The notes beneath the pieces are model-generated. The model was given only the letters and a program-made list of their open reading frames with translations, did not search any database and was not told the DNA's origin. Shown here one piece after another: positions 38,801 to 52,199 of a stretch of 64,000 bases of DNA; the first letter of the stretch is position 1; each line of letters starts with the position of its first letter. The translations under genes and the position numbers were made by a program. The stretch is from contig CAIIXF020000001.1 in NCBI GenBank assembly GCA_903813345.2, positions 34,968,001-35,032,000 on the forward strand, read 5' to 3'. The DNA is from Owenia fusiformis (lineage: Eukaryota).

Positions 38801-41800
38801 TCTTTGCCTCTATCGAATCCATTGTCATCCATATTGTTCATTTCATCTCCCTTGAGAATCATGATACGGTACGATTTCAACACAATCACTGGATTTATTT
38901 CATTTTTCCTGAAATAAAGCATTATTGAATGTTATTAAAGAGATTTTGCAACTCACTTATAGCATGTTTATTATTCCCAAATAACGTATAACTTTTGATG
39001 CGTTTTATTATGTCATCATTTATTGGGCAGCTCTATACGTCCATAAGTGTGATATTCTTACATAGACAACGATTTATAAGAATATCACACTATGTACTTA
39101 CAGACCTGCGCAATTCATGTAAATGATGACGTAATCAAACGCTTCATAAGTTATACACAAGGCATTAACATGACAAAATGTGACCACCTAAAAAAATTTG
39201 GTAAATTTAAAACAAGTTGGAAGGCCTTTTTGCCCTTGAGAAGGTCAATGAAGGTCAGATCTAAAATCTTAAATCAGATTTGAGCTTCTGAGATCTTGTA
39301 GATGATTTTGAAAACAAAATTTAGTCAAATGCTGATTTTGAAAACAAAATTTAGTCAATTTGAAGCAAGTTGAAAAAAGACCTTTTTGACCTTTTTTGAC
39401 CTAGAGAAGGTCATTGAAGGTCAAATCTAAAATCAGATATGAACTTCTGAGAACTTGTAGATGATTCAGAAAAAATTGAAGTCAGTCTAAACAGTACCGG
39501 AGTTTCTTGCGAATAGGCCCATGGGCGTTTATTTGAAAGAGGGGTGAATGAAAAAGTTTTTTTCCCTCTTTATAAAGGCCCATGGGCGTTTATTAAAAAT
39601 GATTTCAAATAAACGCCCAGTGGGCGAATTATTCGAGAAAAGGAATGAAATTGCGAACAGTACATATGTAAGGTAATAGGTGATTACTGTCATTCTAGTA
39701 CAAATAATTAATAAAAATATGACAAGAGGTTACATATTGGTCAACGTTCTTGCCCGCGTTCATGATACTAGTGCATGAGTATGAAGGACATGTGTCATAT
39801 TTGCGATCTATAATATCCCTCGACATAAACGCCCACTGGCTTGGGAGAGCTATTTTCCCTCTAAATAAACGCCCACCCCCCTTGGAAAAATGTTTTTTCC
39901 CTCTTAATAAAGGCCCATGTGCGTTTATTAAAAATTCTTTCAAATAAACGCCCAGTGCAAAATAAACGCCCGTGGGCCTATTCGCGAGAAACTCCGGTAT
40001 TTGTTAAGTTATTGGAAGTTGTAAGAATCTGTTACAGACTCCAACCACCAACCGCCATCACAAAAAAACGGAGACCATAACAATATGTCACCCCTTTTTG
40101 GTGGTGACATAATTAGACGGGAATAATATAAGTGAGTTATAAGTGAGTTGCGAAATCTCTATTATCATGGCAGTTCCATTATAGATATTATAAGAGGCAG
40201 TGAAAATGTCTTTCATCAATCATTTTATTTAAAAAATCAACAATGTTGATAGAATGACTGACCAATCAATGTATAGTCAATCCCATGGGCTTGTTTTGTC
40301 AGCCAAAAGTGATATAATGGTCTTCTCGAAATGCTGCCTAAATATGGGTTATTGGATTTTAATCTCACCTTGACTGAAAGCACATTCACTTAACTCCTAT
40401 AGATGTAAATGATGGGAACTACTGCCATTTTTATGCCCTATACTGTCAACCTGATAAACACTAACCTCATTGTGAAACCATGGCCATAGCCACTACTAGC
40501 CAGGCATAAGGCAGGTGAGGCAACTGCCTCGCCAAAATTTAATAGAAAAATATCAATTCAGACATTTGTTTTGAATTGAAGTTGTGAAAATGAACTCTTT
40601 TTATCTTTATAGTGTTATTTCGCTAGTGCCTCAAATTTGCCTCGCCAAATAAAATTTGCCTCGTCAAATTTAAGATCCTGGCTATGCCTCTGAAAAGCTC
40701 CAATATGTTCATCTTTTTATGTTTAAATGAGAATCATGGTTTTGTGATCATACTGTATATTAAATATACAAAACACAAAATCCATGGTCATTCTTGCTCT
40801 GTGGGGCTTTATTTCCTCAAATATACAAACTAGAAAACAGCAACTTCACCGAGTAGCAAATCCCACCAAACAAAACATGTCTCGATAAATAGCAGCCCTC
40901 TTGAACAGAGCTCCCTTATCCCCATGCATCAACCAGTATTTGAGTTATCTCCTGGACAAACAGATGGACGGACGGACAGACGGCTTTCCTATATCCCCTC
41001 GAACTTTGTTCGGTGGGATAATTACCAAATATATTTCTGTCTTTAAAGGAAGTCTGCTCTACTTACATGTTGAATATAAAATCCTCCATCTCTTCTTTTG
41101 AAAGGCAATAGTCCATCCTACAAGGTAAAAAGTTATAAATGTTACTGATTGTATTGTATAGTATTCTTATAAGACTCTAACTGTCTAATATAAGACAGTT
41201 ACAATACAATGTTGTTCGAAATGCTTGTATAATGTTGTATCTTTCAAATTGTTTTCAGTACCAAGCCTATAAGGGGACCTTTTTTGGTTAAGTCTAGGTT
41301 TGCTAAATCCATACTGAAATTACATTTTTGGTTCACCATTCTGAGCACTTTTCAAGTGATTTTGGGCATTTTTGGGCCAAAGTTGTCAAAAGTGAACCCC
41401 CCTTGAATTTTTAAAAAGCAACCCCCCCCCTTTGGCAAATCCTGGCTACGGGCCTGTACATGTATGTATATGTGGGTTAATCTAAGGTAATGCTCATCAT
41501 AAACCTACTGCCACTCATCAGAATACATGTATTTGTGGATTTGTTTTAAGTGAAGATTCATATGAGGGTCCTGTTGAGAGGTTCACTCCTAAATAATACT
41601 TTCTAATGACACTGAATGAACTTACTGTATATCACTGGCACCTTCAACTGCCTTTCTGATGGTATCCTCATTCCTGAAAATTCAACAAATGCTTCATTAA
41701 ATAACAGCTTTTCTACAACTGTTTCATTTTTTAAAAATCTTTCTAATCAAGAGATGTACACATTATGGCTGGATAACTGAGAGAGTCGAAGATGTGCTTG

Positions 41801-44800
41801 GCAAATCCAGTAAACCCAGCTTCAGGAAACCAGGTTTACTGTTTGTTTCTGTTGACACCTGTGCAAAACTGCATTCGTAATCCATACCACAATGAACAGG
41901 AGGTTAACAGTCAAACCCAGGTTTGCTAGTCCCTTATTAGATTTTCGTATCACAGACCAGGGTTCGAGGCTATTCCAGGCCATAAAATATAAAAGAATCG
42001 CTTAATCAGAAAATTGTTTGTGTTATCTACCAAGACATTAAACAAATATGAAATAGTACTTATTATGAGTGGTCTAAAATAGGCAGAGTTAGAAGACCCC
42101 TTATACTCATTCTGTCTCTATTTCTACATTAGATAATGGAAGAGGAGTCCCCTTTGCATTTGTTCGACTTCGCCTCTTAAAAGAGAGCTTTGTCTTTGGA
42201 ATTTATAACAAGACTCTGCACGCAGGGGAGAAGTCGAAAAATCCCAGAATTCAAGATTGGACCCTGTTTTCATATAAAGATGACATGGTTTTTTGCAAAG
42301 GTAAATTTGGAGAGCAGCAAACCTGGTTTTGAGGGTGCAATCTATGCCAATGAGTGCTTCTGGGATAAATGGACAAAAATTGGATGGATCAAATACTGTA
42401 CGATTGAATGGACCGATTACTTTTAAAATCTTATTCAAATCTTTGCTCCTAACTATTTCTGTTAGATAACAATGCTTTCTAATGAACTTACTGTATTTCA
42501 CTGGCAGCTTCAACTGTCTTTCTGATGGTATCCCCTTTCCTGAAAATTCAAACAAATGCTTAAATATTTTCTGCCACGTTTTGTTAACATATCTACAGGT
42601 AAACTAAAATTAATTAATACTTTTTACCAATGGTTCTGGGTTTATTATTCTAGACCTGATTACTTTTGGGCATGCTTTGTAAACTGTAAGATGACTGGCT
42701 AAATGTGGAAATTTGCATTGGATTACAGATTTTTCTAGTTGATCTTACTCCATCCCATAATAATAAAGTGGCTCAGCCTGTAACACAATATACACCTGAA
42801 CTGAAAACACCAAAATTAACTGAAACTTTTCACAATATTCTCTCAAAATTGCACCATCAAGTTCTAACAAGGCATTAACATGACAAAATGTCACCACCTT
42901 GTTGCTCACAATATTATGTGTTCAAGTCTTTTTGGCGGTGACTAAAAACATTCTTTTCTGTAAATGTCTGAAAAATTGGTATAACAATAAAAGAAAAAGG
43001 CAAATATGTATTCAGGCAGTTAGAGCATTTAGACATATGGAGTTCTAAGTATGGATTATTACTTTTGATACTGCATGCGCATATAGTGCATGTATGTACT
43101 TACGATGTCGTAATGTCTGCACTCGAACCATTGAGATCCTCTTCATCAGTCATTGCTGAGCTAAAATGAAAATTTAAAGAGGTGTCATTTTTATACCAAT
43201 TCTCATATTCTTTGATGTTAGGGTACTATTCTTTGTTTTATACCATTCTAAGTGTCTTCTTTGCACCTCAATTTAATTTTCAAAAATTGGGAAAATCTAA
43301 TTTAGCACTAAAATTGTCAAATTCAAGATCCACCCCTGCAAATCACTCTGTTATGTCTCTTTTGAGACTTAATATTAATGAAGAGTCTCATCTGAATTCC
43401 CCATGGAAAAAATGACTATTTTAGAGGGAATCTGCAGTGGCATTAATTTTATCCATGTAGTTTTGATCAGGGAGGTGGTACTCTTTAAATTCTGAAGGAT
43501 ATGGAGTGAAGCATTCCACGTTTAAAATGCCTCATTCCTCATTTCTTGGATTGCTCCCATGACATATTTCCTTCATCAGAAGTTTGAAAACTGATTCCAC
43601 TGAGCTTTTGGTTATGAGGATGGCCTTATGTCCTAGGGCATTTTCCCAGTGAAGGCTGTAAGAATCATCTATCCCAGTCATGTAATTGCTACTGTGGTGC
43701 TTTCTCAGAAAATAAAATAATTGACTAAATATTGTCTGAGATTATATATGATCCTACATTGAATCACTGACATTAGATTCCCATGGTAAAATGAAATAAA
43801 TAGATAATTATATTGAATTATCAAGTCCAGAACCAATCAAATAGTAGAAGCTTTAATCTTGAGGTATTAACTAAATAATGTTTGGGGAACATCTGTGCCA
43901 AGTTTCAAGAAGATTGGTCTAGTAGTGACATTACTTCTGGATCACCTTGTATGTTGTTATTTATAGAATATTAATTACCTGAATGGGTAGCGAGTCTTCA
44001 TCACTTCAATATCACTATTGCTGTCACTGTCACTTTCTTCATCATTCACTGGAATACACTTGCAAAAAAGTCTTATCTGTCCTGGTATTAATTTAGCATC
44101 CAGATATTTTCGTAATGAAAAAACACCATCCACTGCATCCTCTACACTTCGCCCAGTAATGTCTGTCAGTGTTAGATTATAACAGTTTACATTTCCAATC
44201 ATTATATTTAGACCCTTGGGAAATAATGCAGCTTTCACCTGTTGAAGAATATCATGGTAAGAGTCTTGTGTTCCACAAGTTAGCTGAATAAAGTTTTTAT
44301 CTCCTAATGGAGACTTCACTAATGTAAGCTTTGACTTTTCTGATGCGGAGGCTACATAAAGACCAAACTGTACCACTCTCGAACTTTTCAAAGGTCTTCC
44401 CATTTTTTCAGTTTTGGATTGTGTGCTGCTCATCATCATCTTCAGCAACTTTTGTCGCCTATCATCTGGAAAGTAGGATACATACTTTTACCACAAAGAA
44501 TAACTTATTTTAGCTTTATTAAAGGTCATTTATTCTTTACTAGTTATGAATACTATGGGGACGGTTAGGGGACAATGACCCATGAATTAAACATTAATTT
44601 ACATGATCAGTTCACTTTCACAAGTAATGGTGATTTAAAGTACTGACCCTCAGAACCCTAAATACTCCAAACTTATTGGTGCAAAATAATTCAAGTATAA
44701 AACATTAATGTTCATGACCAGTTCACTTTTGGATGCTTGTAACCTAATTCAAGTGCAGCATAATGTTTTACTTATTCTCTTTATTTGATTGATATTAAGT

Positions 44801-47792
44801 AAATAGCAGGAGCACTTGGCCATGTAAATAGTGTTGTTGGGTTAGGTCAATATTTCACTGTTCGTCAAAAAACGTAATTGATTTAGCAAGGTTTTAACCC
44901 CCCTCCCCCTTCTCACAAAAGTCAAAATGTTGTTTCGTGTACAGTGTTAAAGAATCAAAATGTTGATTTGCATGCAGTGTACAAGTACAACCCCAGCACA
45001 CAATATCTGCTTCTGCTATAAACACATATCAAATTCTCTATCATATCTGTTGTATATTAAATGATCATACCATTGCAGAAGATGAAACTCTGAAATCAAT
45101 GTCTGTCACCTAATTAAACAAGGCATTAACATGGCAAAATGTCACCACCTAAAAAATTGGTTAATTTAAAGCAAGTTGAAAAAAGACCGTTTTGACCTTG
45201 GGAAGGTCATTGAAGGTCAAATCTGAAATCTTAAGTCAGATTTGAGCTTCTGAGGTCTTGTAGATGACTTTGAAATTTTGAAGCAAGTTAAAAAAAGACC
45301 TTTTTGACATTAAGAACTTTATTGAAGGTCAAATCTCAAATCTAAAGTCAGATTTGAACTTCTGAGAACTTGTATATGATTTAGAAAACAATTTAAGTCA
45401 GTCTAAACAGTATTTGTTAAGTTATTGGAAGTTGTAAGAATCTGTTACAGACTCCAACCACCAACCGCCATCACAAAAAAACGGAGACCATAACAATATG
45501 TCAACACTTTTTGGTGGTGTCATAACAGGGATTTACACCCTCCCCCCTTACATAATTAATTACGTTTTTTGACGCACACTGAAACATTGACCTGACCTCT
45601 TAAGCAATTTAAAGTACTCGCAACCTTGAATACTCCAAACTGGTGCAAAATACTTCTTGTATTTAAAACATACATGATCAGTTCACTTTGGTATGCATAA
45701 CAATTTTTAAATCATAGGGTTGAAGGATTGTATCAGATTAGCCATTGGTATATTCGCTAGAAAATCAACTAGTATTGATGTAATATTGTAAACATATACA
45801 TGTTGGTAATAGCACAATCAGTTCAAGTTATTACCTGATTACAGCAGTAATATATTTTAAAGATCTCAAATGAAATGATTTAAAGTAAACACTCAGAAAC
45901 CTAAATACTCCATACTGGTGCAAAATAGATCACATATTTTAACATTTGTTTACATGATCAGTTCACTTTTGGAAGCATGTAATCTAATTTCAGAGCAGTT
46001 TAATGTGTTACCAATGATCATTAGTCTTATGATGGTAACAGATATCTATCATATCTGGAGCGTGTGGCAATGTACAGAGTATCTAAGTGATGGTGAATTG
46101 AAGTACTCACAACCCTCAAGTTCCGAACTGGTGCAAAATATTTCACATCAATTTACATGATCAGTTTCCCTTTCAATATGTAACACTAGATCTGATTATA
46201 TCTCTTAAACATCTCAAACATACTCAGAACCCTAAATACTCCATACTGGTGCAAAATAATTCAAATATTTAACATTAATTTACATGACCAGTTCACTTTT
46301 GGAAGCATGTAACCCAATTTCAGAGCAGCTGTTGCAGCATGTTGATAAATAGATAGCTGGAGCACATTTCTTGAATTTAACATGTAATATAAATAAGTAA
46401 GAAAATCTATTGCAAGGGCGGAATTGCTTGATTGCTATGTTATTTCAAGGATACACGTTTTTAAAAAGGGCTAACTATGCTACAGAAGCCAAATAGCTGG
46501 CAGTTGAGCCCAAGTTTTTATAGAATGAACATCAAAGTTATGAATTGATGCTATGGTATTTTATGAAATTATAACTCAGATAGAATTTAGTTCTTTTCAA
46601 AGGATATGATATAGATTCAGTCAATGTGCACATTTAAATATAGGTCATAAGTTAGTTAGGATAAGTTAAAAAGCATTACAAAAGTCCAAACAAAGATAGA
46701 AGAATTCAAAACACAGACAAAGGAATTTACCTTGTCCCAGTTCTACTACAAGGAGACAACATAGATGGTACAGGTAATATTACATATATGTAACACCACT
46801 TTACATGTTGATCAGTAGGTGTAATGTGATATATTTTAAACATCTCAAACACACAGATTTAAAGTACATACTCAAAATCCTAAATACTCCATACTGGTGC
46901 AAAATATGTAATAGTCATGTAATTCAGTATTTGTTAATATGACTAGTCCACTTTCGGAAGCATGTAACCTATTAGCCTACATGCAAGTAGAAATAATCTT
47001 GATTTACATCATTAAATATTCAAAATTCAGTCGATGTGATACCATATTGAAATCTACATGTGGTAACAAAAACAGTTAATCAACTTTCAAAATTTAATTT
47101 TCTTTGAAAATGTGACTTCTAGGTCGGGGAGATTCCCCATAGAGCCCATGTTATAAAATCACAAAAAGTGAATGATGTCTTTTCATTTAGTGGACAGATA
47201 GTGGACAGATAATATTTTGCTTTACTTGACATTTTTTTCATTTGTATAACTATCAGATACATAAGGGTTATATGAAAATTATTCGACCAGAACAGATGGA
47301 TATTTAAGTTTAAGGGCACTTTCTGCTATACCTGCCATGCTATTTACGCCGAATTAGCCACCTGGTGGTGAAACTGGTTACTAGTTATTACTACCTACTT
47401 GCATCTGGGTAATTCCAGTGCAGCATAATGTGAAACTAATACTCCATTAGTTTAATTATGGTAAATAATTACACAGAGTACACAGCCATTTAAAAAGTAC
47501 TTGAGCAAAGATGGTTCAAAGTACCCAAACCCCCAATTACTCCAAACTGGTGAATGGTGCAAAATAATACACTCATTTGACATTGATTATAAACAAATAC
47601 TTCTATACAAATTATAAAAGTGCTACTGTTAAAAGTGTACAGTGTACCTGTATATCCAAATAAATAATAAATACCTGAAGACACACTACCACTACTAGTG
47701 CCTGGACTGGTATTTGGTGTTGGTTGGCATTTTACACCACAGTGACAGCAAAAGTTTCCCACAGCTGGTTTCCCACAGCCAGTGCAAAACAT
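35842..47792 (-). CDS. Transposon-borne zinc-ribbon + HECT-domain E3 ubiquitin ligase (G2E3-like), ~592 aa, 11 coding exons
   Basis: Exons 47792-47675, 44465-43979, 43160-43104, 42539-42492, 41673-41626, 41117-41067, 38908-38612, 37714-37605, 37233-37091, 36750-36573 and 36083-35842 are all AG/GT-bounded and phase-compatible (1779 nt, no stops); optional 15-nt exon 46745-46731. Motifs: CTGC..CCHC, GENAKDLGGPRRE, YFAAG, VFSEAGTN, LKFITGS, catalytic PTSSTCTNTFRLP. Confidence 0.88.
39156..40112 (-). mobile_element. Helentron-type family B copy interrupted by a MITE
   Basis: Colinear with 45117-45525 apart from the 39497-39997 insert. Confidence 0.8.
39497..39997. mobile_element. Tc1/mariner/pogo-type MITE with TA TSD
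   Basis: TIRs ccggagtttct.gcgaataggccca.gggcgtttattt; the empty site aacagTAtttgttaag is seen in the paralogous copy near 45405. Confidence 0.9.
44595..47580. repeat. Degenerate dispersed/tandem intronic repeat, about 7 copies
   Basis: Recurrent ccctaaatactcca.actggtgcaaaata...catgatcagttcacttttggaagcatgtaa. Confidence 0.7.
47112..47410 (-). repeat. Interspersed repeat, also at ~12700-12957 (+) and ~27725-28000 (-)
   Basis: Shared ccccatagagcccatgttataaaatcacaaaaagtgaa and ccacctggtggtgaaactggt blocks. Confidence 0.7.
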
Positions 47793-47829
47793 GTCTGTAA
47801 AACAAAAATTTCATTAATCTGAGAATAGT

Positions 47830-48754
47830 GGTAGTTTAGAAAATACATCACCAATAAAATGCATGATGGGGCTCCCGTAGGATAATTGCAGCATGCACAA
47901 TTTACCTATTTCTAATCACATTTCCACATATATGCGAATATGCTCACTATTTCTTTGCATTATTTAGGACCATAGACGAGAAAACCCTGTTTCGAAATCT
48001 GAGGGGGCCCCCGATTGAAATCGTGAAAAACTTTGCAAATTTAATCACTTATTCTGGACGTTTTAATTCAAACGGTTTAATATCTTAAAATAAAATAATG
48101 TCAGCAGATGTGGTTGTCACAAATCGAGCTAATTTAAAGTTTAAATGTCATTGGAGATAAAGTTTCTTATTTGTGTCATGGAAAATCCTGAACTTCCAGA
48201 TTGGGATTTACCAAATTAAATAAACGGCTTTATTAGATTCTAGCCACATTTACAATTTTACCGGCAATCATCTAAATGATTGATTTAACTTCTGGTATCA
48301 GTAAAACCCTAAATCATTCGAAATTCAAATGTAATTGGTCGTAATTGGCATCCATGGTATTGCCAAAACAAGATGGCTGCAGGTCCAGATAGAATTCAAA
48401 ATGGAGGGAGTTTGTATTAATTCACGGTATTTGTTTGTGAATTAAAGCTAATGATGGTCTGTGTAAAATTTAATTAATGTGTATACAGTATGCACAAAAG
48501 TTGAACAAAGGGTCGATCAGACTCAATCTTACTTGAGTGTGATAATTGGTTACGTAACAAAGCTTTACTGCATGGTCATGGTGTATTCTACTCTATTTTT
48601 ATGCATGCTTCCAGGCCTATGCTGCTTATACTGCATGTTTACTAGTATTTTAGAAAATGTGAATAAAAATTGGTAATTTAAAATTGTATATGTTGTATTT
48701 ACCCTTCAGGAACCCCAAAATGCATTTTATTAGTGATGTATTTTCTAAACTACC
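47830..48754. mobile_element. MULE/MuDR-like non-autonomous element (9-bp TSD)
   Basis: TIRs ggtagtttagaaaatacatcac.aataaaatgcat; flanks gagaatagt and gagaatggt (one mismatch). Confidence 0.75.
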
Positions 48755-49300
48755 GAGAATGGTACATCCTTCCAAGCATGTATTAGTACCATAAATTAAA
48801 GTATAAATGTCATTGGTCATTTCAAAATATATGGTACATTGTCATCATAGCCAGTCAATTATACTTTACATGGCAAATGTAAATTTTGCCTAATCACCGG
48901 TAAATTATATCAATTCATTCAACTCACTTAATCATCAATTCACACATAGCTAGGCAAAGTGTGTCAGATTCCAGCCAATCCGAACAGAGTATTTTTACAT
49001 GACAGCAGTGCATGAAATAATCAACAATAACGCATTTGTTGTGTATAGGTCACCAGTATGATATTCACCCGGTCCTGGGGTAACACCTACTGGTGCACTG
49101 ATATGCTGCATGGTGAAATGTGTCTATAGGCAAAGGCAACGCAAGACAAAATATTTTGGAAAATATTCAATCAGACATTCTTTTTTCAGACCCAATGTCA
49201 TATTTGGATAAGATTTACAATTCCTGTGATCGTGCCACATATAACGCCACGCGATTACGTGTTGATTTTAAACTGAATTTGCAATGAAAACGATCGAAGA

Positions 49301-49337
<37 letters not shown>

Positions 49338-49544
49338 CGAAGATCTGGTACTTTCATTTCTCACATGTTTGATAGCGGGTCATTAACTCTTAGCCTATTA
49401 TCCATGTCTTATTTTTCACAAAAAAAACTCAGAGGAACCCCGAAGAATTCCAGCAGAATTGGCTTTTTTCTTTGCAGAATTCACTAATTTCACTTGCAGA
49501 ATTCAGTATTTTAACTCACGGAAAACTGGGGGGAGTGCCCTAGG

Positions 49545-50780
49545 CCCGGGAGGTTCACTGTATACAAAATTCAGCGGGTTCCTAGGCTGAACCCTCAAAT
49601 ATGATCAATATGTTCCCATACCAATCTGTTAAATTTCAATGTGTTCCCATACTGACAAAAATAATGCCCCAAAGCACACCAAATGTCCAAATATAAGACC
49701 ATTGCCATACCACATGTCCAGATGTAAGACTAAGGCCATTTAAAATGTCTAAAGCCCCGAGAAGAAGGCAGATCTTTGAGGAAAACGATCCAAAACAACC
49801 TCAAACTAGAAAACTGCAACTCCGCGAAGTAGCAAATCCCAACGAACAATATATCAATTACCAAATTAATTCCAATCAGTCATAGAATTGAAAAATTTAG
49901 ATTTTATGATTGCGAATTCCTGAAAGGCAGCCATTTTGAATTTTCTGAGGTACAAATCTGAAAAATAATACCATAATTGTGATCTACTCTAAAATTCCTT
50001 CAATTTGAGTATAATATAGGCATACTTTGAAGGGATCGCAAAATTATTGCGAAATCCAACATTAGGCGGCCATTTTGAATTTCACGAGGTCTGAATCTGA
50101 AAAAAGATACAATCAACTCTAAATTGCCTTTCATTTGAGTATAATAAAGCTATACTTCAGAAATACCTCAAAATTAACGAATATTTCTGTTTTCCTGACC
50201 CCCCATACACGGCCCCAGGGGGTCAGCATGAAAAACAAGGAATATATGTGAAATAAATAGATGTTGTGAATATACTACCAAAATTTCAAACAAAAATATT
50301 TATTACTTTGGTTTCGAATGAAAAATTCATGATTTTTACGAAAAAGTCTAGTCATTTTTAAAGCGGCGGCCATCATGGAAAATTTTTTTTTGGGTAAAAC
50401 TATTCACCAATATACATCGTTCCACCAAATATGAAGAAAATCCGTCAACTGGTATTTGAGTTATCTTCCGGACGGACGGACTGACAGACGGAGGGCTTCA
50501 CTATATCCCTACAGAACTTCGTTCGTTGGGATAATTAAGGATATGTGTAACTACTAGACCAATGCCATACACAAGTGAGAGGCAATGTATTTTCCATGAC
50601 CATTCTCATACCAGGAGTGGAAAAATCTGACCATTGCCATACCTCAAATCATAATTTAGGGGGCATTCTCATTCCAGATCCTAAAAATTGGGTCCATTGC
50701 CATACCAAATGTCAAAAAAGGGACCCCACATGAGCCGAGGATCCCCCCCGTCAAGGTTTATATACAGTGAACACCCCAGG
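49545..50780. mobile_element. TIR element with subterminal gaccattgccatacc repeats and a nested Helentron-type copy
   Basis: cccgggaggttcactgtata / tatacagtgaacaccccagg imperfect TIRs. Confidence 0.6.
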
Positions 50781-51116
50781 CTAGGAGCCCTGGCCCTGTG
50801 TCTAGTATTCAGTCAGTGAAACCCCTGCTCTAGCTAACCATCCCATTAAAAAAAATCAGGGTGATCAACTTTGGCCAAAAATCACTTGAACTGAGTTCTA
50901 AATTGTTGAAAAACTGCATGATTTTGAATGAATTTTTGTCCAGGCCGGTCTGAGGGGGGGGTGATGCACACGTGGTTCACGTCATGTCTGGCTTTTGAAT
51001 GGTTTATCTGTAAAGTGCAACATCTACGTTATTTTGAACAAACAGATTGCCTTACAAAGGTAAAATATATAAAAGATAGTCCACTAGTATAGACAACTAG
51101 GCCTACATATACTCAC

Positions 51117-51205
51117 TTTTCTGCTTGACAATTCCCGCTTCCTTCACTTCCGTTAATTTCAACCGTGACACGCCACATAAAGTTTTCCTTTACAGAAGAC
51201 TTTTA
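51117..51205 (-). promoter_or_regulatory. Putative promoter and non-coding first exon of the HECT gene
   Basis: Minus strand reads ...gtggcgtgtcacggttgaaattaaCGGAAGTGaaggaagcgggaattgtcaagcagaaaa|GTGAGT (ETS-like motif and donor); the ATG exon begins at an acceptor at 47794. Confidence 0.55.
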
Positions 51206-52199
51206 AAAAATTTCAGACTTATCTAAAAATCTGAACTGACTTATGAATTTCCAAAATCAGTTTTGCAAAAAAAAATTGCAAAAATATTTCTAAAAAATTA
51301 TTATAATTTCTATAAATCATTTTACATTTACATATTTGATTTTTGAAATCCTAAAATAGAGTCTAAAGTTTTAAGGATTTTCTAAAAGTGTTTTTAAATC
51401 TTTAAATTGATTTTTAAATCAATTTATTTAATTTTTTTATATATATTTTGAAATTAAAAAATTAAATTTTCAAATTACAAAAGTTACTTCAATTTTTATT
51501 AAAGTTTTTGAATTTTAAATAAGTGTTTTGCGAGTTTTCAAAAGTTATTTATGATTTTAAAAAACTATTTACATTTTTATTTAAGTTTTTAAATTTTCAA
51601 TAAGTATTATGTGAGTTTTTATAAGTTAATTATGATTTTAAAAAACTATTTTTATTTTTATTAAAGTTTTTAAATTTTCAATAAGTATTTTGTGAGTTTT
51701 TAAAAGTTAATTATGATTTTCAAAAATAGAAATGAAAAAATGTCCCTTTTAAAGCTTCGTAGCCCTGGGTGACTATTTGGAGGAGAGTCAGTAGAGAATT
51801 TTACGTGGGTGTGTGAATAGGACATAAAAGAGGGGTGGTTGCTTGCTCCCCCTGGACACCATGTACACAAATTATATCACTAATTAGGATCATACATCTA
51901 ATTTTAGAAGGTTGTTTCCAAAACACTTTTATTGAAATATTCTCATATAGTCTACTAGGCTTAAATTATTGTATCTTAATTTGCAATTTCTTGGTAATCT
52001 TTCGGACGAGTGTCTCGGATCTTGTCTTACTCTACAGTGTTATTTGTTCATTTGAAACATGTGAAAAGTATCAGTTGATTCAAGACAGAAAAACCAAGCC
52101 TACATGTATGTAAACCCACCTGTTCTTCAGTCTTCATTTTGATTTCTGATTTATACCGAATGGCTGAGCATATGTTTCTCCAATTTTGAAGAGCCTTTT

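Larger units (their letters stand above)
29562..51761. mobile_element. Complete 22.2-kb IS3EU-type DNA transposon carrying transposase and HECT E3 genes
   Basis: 22-bp perfect TIR tacgaagctttaaaagggacat; GCCCTG at both 29556-29561 and 51762-51767; ~500-bp AT-rich subterminal regions; two convergent intact genes inside. Confidence 0.92.

Noticed and set aside
42124..42555. 143-aa minus-strand ORF
   Set aside because: Overlaps the real 48-nt exon in a different frame; the rest is intronic with no recognisable motif
45071..45089. Possible 19-nt microexon of the HECT gene (ttcag...gtatga)
   Set aside because: Not frame-preserving between the flanking phase-1 exons
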